Source: Patescibacteria group bacterium (GTDB taxonomy: Bacteria; Patescibacteriota; Gracilibacteria; UBA4473). Taken from it: 64,000 nt of DNA. Made by a program: the position numbers and the translations under genes. The notes under the pieces were generated by a model. It was given only the letters and a program-made list of their open reading frames with translations. It searched no databases and was not told the origin of the DNA. Shown here piece after piece: positions 58,411 to 64,000 of this stretch. Position 1 is the stretch's first letter, and each line of letters starts with the position of its first letter. The stretch lies in the NCBI GenBank assembly GCA_965660445.1, contig CBFIAK010000001.1:288001-352000 (forward strand), in the 5' to 3' direction.

Positions 58411-58833
58411 ATGTCTGACGAATCAAACGTTCCCGTACAAGACGATAATCAATCATCGAGCGAAGGGAGACTCCCAAAACGTGATACATCTTTGTTTATT
58501 ATTCCTCCACATCCAAATACAGTGTTTAATGATGTGGAGTTTTTGGATTTACTAGAAGGGTCTATATCACTTACCCTTGAAGAAAAAAAGAGAGTTGTAC
58601 AAGCCATTCCTCGGCTTGATCAAGCTCAAGTGAATGAACTTATTGATATTTTTCATGAAGAACGTGAAAAGTTTTCAACACTGGAAAAAGAGTTCTCACA
58701 AGATGTCGAAAAACTAAAACGAGAACGTGAAAAAGAGTTGGAATTACTTGCTTTACAGCAAGAAGAAGCAAACGAAGACTCAGGTGTGCTTGATGAAGCC
58801 GAAGCACTGAAACGAAAACTAAGAGGCGAATAA
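58411..58833 (+). CDS. Acidic hypothetical protein
   Basis: 140-aa ORF with a coiled-coil C-terminus, followed by a terminator. Confidence 0.75.
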   Translation: MSDESNVPVQDDNQSSSEGRLPKRDTSLFIIPPHPNTVFNDVEFLDLLEGSISLTLEEKKRVVQAIPRLDQAQVNELIDIFHEEREKFSTLEKEFSQDVEKLKREREKELELLALQQEEANEDSGVLDEAEALKRKLRGE

Positions 58834-58848
58834 AACGCCTTTTTTTTT
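58821..58848 (+). terminator. Intrinsic terminator
   Basis: AGAGGCG/CGCCTTT stem plus T-tract. Confidence 0.65.
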
Positions 58849-59896
58849 ATTTGTTTTTTTCGTCGATAATCATTTGTTGGTAGATATCTCGTGCTTTTTC
58901 AGCATCACTTCTTTCTTTTTTGAGGTTTTCTACTTTTTCTTTTGCGTCTTTTATTGCTTCTTCAAGATCTTCTATTTCCTCGTCGAGTTGGTCTTTTCCT
59001 TCATCAGAAAGCCGATTTGAGTTGGTAAGGTCGGTTCTTGTTTTTTCAAGGATTTCGAGTTGTTGTTCTTGGCGATCAATATCTCGTTCTCGGTTATTGA
59101 TATTGTTATTCAAGTCTGATATGCTTTCGTTCATGTCATCAAACTGTTTTTCTATTGATTCAAGAGGGTTGGGTTTGTTACGAGTTTCGTCTTCAAAACT
59201 TTGTCCAGAATAGACGAGATTTAAAACAGTTTTCACAATTACATATGAAAATATGATCAATACAAGACTTATGGCAGACCACATGAGTCCTTTTTTGGCG
59301 GTTTCTACTTGGTCACTGCTTCCAGTAGAAACGACCAACGTAAACCCATTAATAATAAGAAAGAGAACGGCTACAGACCCAGCAAGAATAGTGATTCCGT
59401 TTGCAAACCTTTGGAAAAAGAGAGTTATATCAGATGCATCGCCACGAAGACTCTTTTCGTCAGCACCAACCAAGTGTTCTGGATAGACCGTTAAAAACCG
59501 GTCATCATTTCTATCTATATTTTGGGCATCTCGTAGAGCCATCCGTAAATCGTATGCGTTGTCTTGTGCTTCTTCCACACAGCGAGCTCTAAACATTGTT
59601 TCTCGTTGGTTCTGAGCGTTAAATTCCGTTACAAATACGTTCATACACGTAAACCCAGAAAGACATGTCTTTTGTTCACAACTACATCCATTTTTATCAA
59701 CAAAATAAAACCCATCACTATCAACTTGTGTTCCTGGGCAAAGATCATCTTGGTCTATTACACAATCTTCGTCTTGGTCTTGTACGCTACTATTTAATAC
59801 ACAATTTCGTGCATATCCAGTATTGGGAACACTTTGTGCGCCTACAAGAGATGTGAAAGATGTAAGTGAGAAGAGAAGAAGAAAAAGAAATCGCAT
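58847..59896 (-). CDS. VirB2/TrbC-like CPR pilin-domain protein with TSP3-like Ca-binding repeat and C-terminal coiled coil
   Basis: Signal; DQDEDCVIDQDDLCPGT..VDKNGC; AVLFLIINGF....STG....ETAKK...W....L.....SY.IV. Confidence 0.8.
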   Translation of the reverse strand: MRFLFLLLFSLTSFTSLVGAQSVPNTGYARNCVLNSSVQDQDEDCVIDQDDLCPGTQVDSDGFYFVDKNGCSCEQKTCLSGFTCMNVFVTEFNAQNQRETMFRARCVEEAQDNAYDLRMALRDAQNIDRNDDRFLTVYPEHLVGADEKSLRGDASDITLFFQRFANGITILAGSVAVLFLIINGFTLVVSTGSSDQVETAKKGLMWSAISLVLIIFSYVIVKTVLNLVYSGQSFEDETRNKPNPLESIEKQFDDMNESISDLNNNINNRERDIDRQEQQLEILEKTRTDLTNSNRLSDEGKDQLDEEIEDLEEAIKDAKEKVENLKKERSDAEKARDIYQQMIIDEKNK

Positions 59897-59899
59897 GGT

Positions 59900-60838
59900 T
59901 TAAAGATTTGGTGAAGGGGTGGGTGATGGTTGAGGTTGGGTGTCATCAAATTCTAAGTATTCAGTCGGTGTGAAAAATTCTCGACACTGGTATTGTTCGG
60001 CTTGATAGGCTTCTTCTGTAGTAGAGAAAATAAAATATGTTGCTTTCATGATTGAGTAACTGAGAATAATCAAAAGGATTCCAATAGAAGCATATATAAA
60101 CCACATTTTAGCCCCCTCAAGTGCACTTGGATCGTCTCCATTATAAATAAATTGTATCCCTGCATAGAGAATCATCACCAGTACTATAGGGGCAATAACA
60201 CTAAAAATAATACGGACAATAATTGGCATGTAATCAAGTAAAAAGTTGCCGTCACAATTAAATCCAATAACTCCTTGTGGAAGCATGTTTAAATTATGCC
60301 ATCGGCTCAAGAAGTTTTGGTACTCGAGTTGTTGTTCTCGCAGTTTTTGTTGTTCATCGGCATATCGGTGTTGTTTATCGGCATATCGGTCTGGAGCATC
60401 GGTGTCTGTTTTTTGTGCTTCTTCAATAAGCCGTTGCATTTCCTCTTCTTCTTGTTGACACTGTGGACGTCCTTTTTGTCGGACACAGTCTTCAAATTTT
60501 ATTTCTGCTTCTCTGGCATTCCCTTTAAACGTATTCTGCGATTGTGTATATTTATCAAACTCTCGTTTTTCGGCTTCTAGATCTTGTAAAGCTTGGGTGA
60601 CACGGAGTTGTTGTTTTTGTATTTCAAGTTGATGTTGGAGGAGTTCTTCTTTTTCTGCAGGAGTCATGCGTTGGATAATTTGTTCCATGTTTTCTGGCAC
60701 CGATTCAGACCCTCTCCATGAAGGGAACAGTGATTGTTCAACCAGATCAAAATGAATGGTTTCTTCTTGGGCATGTACATTTTGTTGTATGCCAATAAGA
60801 GTCGCAAACGTCAGGATGAGAAAAAGAAATCGTTTCAT
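59900..60838 (-). CDS. VirB2/TrbC-like pilin-domain protein with Gln-rich coiled coil
   Basis: Signal VHA-Q; MILYAGIQFI..G.......AK....YA.IG.....LSY. Confidence 0.8.
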   Translation of the reverse strand: MKRFLFLILTFATLIGIQQNVHAQEETIHFDLVEQSLFPSWRGSESVPENMEQIIQRMTPAEKEELLQHQLEIQKQQLRVTQALQDLEAEKREFDKYTQSQNTFKGNAREAEIKFEDCVRQKGRPQCQQEEEEMQRLIEEAQKTDTDAPDRYADKQHRYADEQQKLREQQLEYQNFLSRWHNLNMLPQGVIGFNCDGNFLLDYMPIIVRIIFSVIAPIVLVMILYAGIQFIYNGDDPSALEGAKMWFIYASIGILLIILSYSIMKATYFIFSTTEEAYQAEQYQCREFFTPTEYLEFDDTQPQPSPTPSPNL

Positions 60839-60852
60839 AAATACAAAAAGTC

Positions 60853-62223
60853 TTAAAAAGGAATAGTGAAATCAAACCCAACAATGAGTCGAACAATAGT
60901 GAATGAGAGAACCGCAATAGCGAGCCCAACAAACACAAAAATAAGGGTGTCTTTTGCTTTTTCTTTTGTTTCTTCTTTTTCTGAAAACAGAAAAAATAGA
61001 CCTGATACGATAAGCATAATTACAGAAACTCCCATAAGGGCGACCATAAGCCAATTGGCAAGAGCCGGAATAAAATTTTCAGCAATATAAGAAACTCCAG
61101 TTTTAGGGTCTTCTTGCATATCAGACTCTTTTGGACCAGGAAGAATTCCTCCTTTCAGCACTGGAGGGGTCCGAAACGAACGGATTATTTGCTCAAGGGT
61201 ATTAAAATCGAATTTGAGTTCGTCCATTTGGATTATTGTCTCATTTATTGAGTGCCTATAAGCTTCAAGTGCTTCGTTATAACTTCCAAAATCATCAGTA
61301 TACTCATCAAGAGCATCTTCGCGCTCTTTTTGAGATCTATCAAGAATTGCTTGTTTGTCATCTCGAATAGCAGTTTTGTCAGCGACATTTTTTTGTGCAT
61401 CATCAAGCAGTTGTTCTTTTGTATCTCGCTCAGCTTCAGCTTGATTGAGTTGTTGAGCCAGAACCGGTAATTGAGACTCAAGATTTTGCAATTGCGCTTC
61501 AGCTGCAGCAATTTCACGAGCAGGAACATTATTACTATTTTTTAGAAACTCAATTCTGTCTCTTTGGTCTGCAATTTCATCGTATTGGTCATCAATATCA
61601 TCGTTTATATTATCGACTTTTCTTTGAGCGTCATCAAATTCGTCTTCAGCAATACGGAGTTCGTCATGGGCTAGATCAAGTTCTTTTTGTGCGTCCTGTA
61701 AATCTTTTTCCGCTGTATAGTACTGATTTGTCTTATCATCATAAATAGTTGTAGAACTATGAGGCGGTCCGCTCCCTTGACCATATGCTAAAGCATTAAT
61801 AGCCATGTCAACCGCATCAAGTTTTTTTTCGAGGTCTTCTACTTGAGTAGTGAGTTCTCGGTGTTCAAACAAAACATTGTTGAGAATCGGAATGGCGTAG
61901 GGTTTGGTTTGTCCGAGTCGGTTTCGGAGTGTTTCGGCTTCGGGGGGTATTTTTTTAAGGGTGTCTTTGAGGGCTTGAAGTTCATTATGTGTTTTTTGTG
62001 TGTCGAATCGTTGTTTATTTTGTTTTTGGTCTTTGTCCTCAGAATACAAAAAATACTGATGCCGGATTTCTTCAAGGTGTCCATCGGCTTTCGTAATAGT
62101 ATTACGTAGTGTTCCTACATCAATAGCGGTATTATTTGAACTTTGAGCTCCAACAGGAGAAACCAAAAAAATACTTGCACATATGCCCCAAAAGACGGGT
62201 TGAAAAAGGAAGAATTTCATCAT
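60853..62223 (-). CDS. VirB2/TrbC-like pilin-domain protein with long coiled coil
   Basis: Signal VGA-Q; about 250-aa heptads; VSVIMLIVSG......EE..EKAK.T.....VGL.I..LSFTIV. Confidence 0.8.
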   Translation of the reverse strand: MMKFFLFQPVFWGICASIFLVSPVGAQSSNNTAIDVGTLRNTITKADGHLEEIRHQYFLYSEDKDQKQNKQRFDTQKTHNELQALKDTLKKIPPEAETLRNRLGQTKPYAIPILNNVLFEHRELTTQVEDLEKKLDAVDMAINALAYGQGSGPPHSSTTIYDDKTNQYYTAEKDLQDAQKELDLAHDELRIAEDEFDDAQRKVDNINDDIDDQYDEIADQRDRIEFLKNSNNVPAREIAAAEAQLQNLESQLPVLAQQLNQAEAERDTKEQLLDDAQKNVADKTAIRDDKQAILDRSQKEREDALDEYTDDFGSYNEALEAYRHSINETIIQMDELKFDFNTLEQIIRSFRTPPVLKGGILPGPKESDMQEDPKTGVSYIAENFIPALANWLMVALMGVSVIMLIVSGLFFLFSEKEETKEKAKDTLIFVFVGLAIAVLSFTIVRLIVGFDFTIPF

Positions 62224-62267
62224 TTTTTAGTATACAAGGTATTTTTGAGAAAAACAAAAAAAGATAT

Positions 62268-63236
62268 TTATTCCCATTTATACGTATCATAGATCCAACT
62301 TAAGATATCAGTTGTTTCTCCAAATCGGTCATGAGATCCAAGAATAATACTTAAAATAAGTTTTCCTTGTTGAGTTTCTCCAATGACCACTAAGCATTCT
62401 CCAGCGAGATACGTAAACCCAGTTTTAAGTCCCTTGATATTTAAAAAACTATCAAGGAGTTGGTTTGTGTTTTTTCGACTATGAGAAAACCGTTCATCAA
62501 TAGAGGTTCCATAGAATTCAGGTTTTGTAACCGTTCCTCGCACAAATTCGAATGTCCATAGTTTTCGACTGAGGAGTAATAAATCCCATGCGGACATATG
62601 ATTGCCTAAAACATCAAATTCGGATTCATCGATAGCTTTATCTTGAAGTGTATCGGATGTGTTTGCTGCTGGAGCAGTATGAGGTTGTATAATATCGAGT
62701 CCACTACTGTTATGAAACTCTCCAGAAATCAGATCCATTTCAAACGCACGTTGGTTCATGTGTTTCACAAAATTTTCTTCACTTCCTGCGTGATGAACAG
62801 CGAGTGCTACTGCTGCGTCGTTTGCAGACGCAATAAGCACGGCTTCTAAGAGTGTGCGAACAGTAATTTTTTCATGCTGATACAGACCAATCATAACGCC
62901 TCCAGCCTGTGTTGCTTCGAGTGGAATAGTGACAACTTCGTCCATATCGTGGTTTTCTAAAATAATTAAGGCCGTCATAAGTTTAGTAAGGGATGCAATT
63001 GGTTTTTTTTCGTATGCGTTTTGTTCGATAAGTGTTTTTCCTGACTCTAAATCATAGGCCAATACAGCTCGGTTTGGGTTTGGGATAAGCGCTGGTTCTA
63101 TGTCCTCTGGGTCTTTAAAGGGTCGTTGTGCTATCGTGAGTGAAATTGCAGTTTGATTTTCATTGATAAAGTCATTCAAAGGCATTGCCGGAGGATGTAT
63201 GCTGGAAGACAAAAGTGATAAAAGTGAAAAAATCAT
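62268..63236 (-). CDS. D-alanyl-D-alanine carboxypeptidase (peptidase S11)
   Basis: SLTK, SAN and KTG motifs. Confidence 0.92.
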   Translation of the reverse strand: MIFSLLSLLSSSIHPPAMPLNDFINENQTAISLTIAQRPFKDPEDIEPALIPNPNRAVLAYDLESGKTLIEQNAYEKKPIASLTKLMTALIILENHDMDEVVTIPLEATQAGGVMIGLYQHEKITVRTLLEAVLIASANDAAVALAVHHAGSEENFVKHMNQRAFEMDLISGEFHNSSGLDIIQPHTAPAANTSDTLQDKAIDESEFDVLGNHMSAWDLLLLSRKLWTFEFVRGTVTKPEFYGTSIDERFSHSRKNTNQLLDSFLNIKGLKTGFTYLAGECLVVIGETQQGKLILSIILGSHDRFGETTDILSWIYDTYKWE

Positions 63237-63250
63237 TGTTTAAAAAAGAG

Positions 63251-64000
63251 TTATCGAACTTTGTAGCGAGAATGACCAGTTTCATCAAGAATATCGATAT
63301 TGTATTTTTGAGTGAGGGCATCGCGTATGCGATCAGATTCTGCCCAGTTTTTTTCTTGGCGTGCTTGTGTGCGTAACTGGAGTTGGGTTTCAATATCAGA
63401 CTTGTCTTGTTCAGATAAGAGGACTCTTGTTGTTAGAACATCAAAAATAGAATCAAAATCAGTTTTTAAAAAGGTGACAATGCTTTGTGCATCATGCGGT
63501 GATAACTGGTTTTGGTCTCGTTTTTGGAGTCCTACACGAATACAATCAAAAACAGCAGATAAGGCAAGAGCTGTATTTAAGTCGTCAAAAAGAGCGGTTT
63601 GAAAAGTTTTCTTGTATGAGTTTGTGAAATTACTCGGTGTGGTGTCAGAGATCGATATATCAGAAAATATTCGATAGGCTTCACGTATACGTTCAATCGA
63701 TGATCGTGATTGTTGTAAAAGGCTTAATGAAAAATTTAAACTTGTTTTGTAATGGGCAGAGAGTAATGCGTATCGTATTTCTTCCCCTTTCCATCCTTGA
63801 GAAACTAAATCACGAATAGTATAAAAATTCCCATCTGATTTAGACATTTTTTTTCCATCTACTAAGAGATGTTTTGCGTGCATCCAATAATTCACTGATT
63901 TTTGTCCATGATGACTGCATTCGTTTTGAGCAATTTCACATTCATGATGAGGGAATATGTTGTCTTCGCCTCCTGTGTGAATATCAAAATGATGTCCTAA
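63251..64000 (-). CDS. cysS: Cysteine--tRNA ligase (3' part; runs off the window)
   Basis: DIHTGGEDNIFPHHECEIAQ, KMSKS.GNF, DDLNT, SDRIRD.L. Confidence 0.96.
   Translation of the reverse strand, partial: LGHHFDIHTGGEDNIFPHHECEIAQNECSHHGQKSVNYWMHAKHLLVDGKKMSKSDGNFYTIRDLVSQGWKGEEIRYALLSAHYKTSLNFSLSLLQQSRSSIERIREAYRIFSDISISDTTPSNFTNSYKKTFQTALFDDLNTALALSAVFDCIRVGLQKRDQNQLSPHDAQSIVTFLKTDFDSIFDVLTTRVLLSEQDKSDIETQLQLRTQARQEKNWAESDRIRDALTQKYNIDILDETGHSRYKVR

Noticed and set aside
160-63819. Many 60-140-aa ORFs antisense to or out of frame within real genes
   Set aside because: Shadow ORFs with no recognisable motifs or initiation context
1-64000. Genetic code 25 (UGA=Gly) as in Gracilibacteria/SR1
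   Set aside because: Long conserved genes (ileS, mutS, uvrC) are intact with no in-frame TGA, and TGA ends genes at ATGA overlaps
1-64000. CRISPR array, transposase, integrase, prophage or reverse transcriptase
   Set aside because: No regularly spaced 25-40-nt repeats and no ORF with DDE, tyrosine/serine recombinase, RT or phage structural motifs was seen

Overview
AT-rich bacterial chromosome segment in the standard genetic code (no in-frame TGA in long conserved genes). Gene content points to a Patescibacteria/CPR organism, probably Gracilibacteria/Peregrinibacteria-like. This is an inference from the VirB2/TrbC-like CPR pilins, a CarS-like gene, an aaRS with inserted histidine-phosphatase domains and core genes lacking Shine-Dalgarno (SD) sites. 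Most of the window is housekeeping: aspS, asnS, ileS, partial cysS, rsmG, rnhB, pth, rny, mutS, uvrC, the infA-rpmJ-rpsM-rpsK-rpsD-rpoA-rplQ-rplM-rpsI operon, rpmB, rplU, tRNA-Arg(UCG) and tRNA-Leu(CAA). It also holds fermentative and oxidative-stress genes (D-2-hydroxyacid dehydrogenase, 2-oxoacid:ferredoxin oxidoreductase alpha/beta, Mn-SOD, MsrAB, CrtI-family plus ABC1 kinase), a lipid head-group set (pgpA, carS-like, pgsA), a type IV pilus cluster and three VirB2-like pilin fusions. Main observations: (1) three dispersed orphan envelope-protein genes (two lipoproteins and one beta-barrel-like protein) share a TTGACT-N14-ATGTA upstream motif, a strong AAGGAG SD and their own terminators, unlike the rest of the window; (2) a 1399-aa IleRS carries two inserted histidine-phosphatase domains and lies behind a T-box riboswitch with an atypical Stem I; (3) Cys metal ligands are missing from many proteins; (4) an in-frame Lys-rich tail follows the rplU stop; (5) a heptamer-repeat inverted element lies 3' of tRNA-Leu. 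No CRISPR array, transposase or integrase was seen. All calls come from reading the sequence; no database searches were run.
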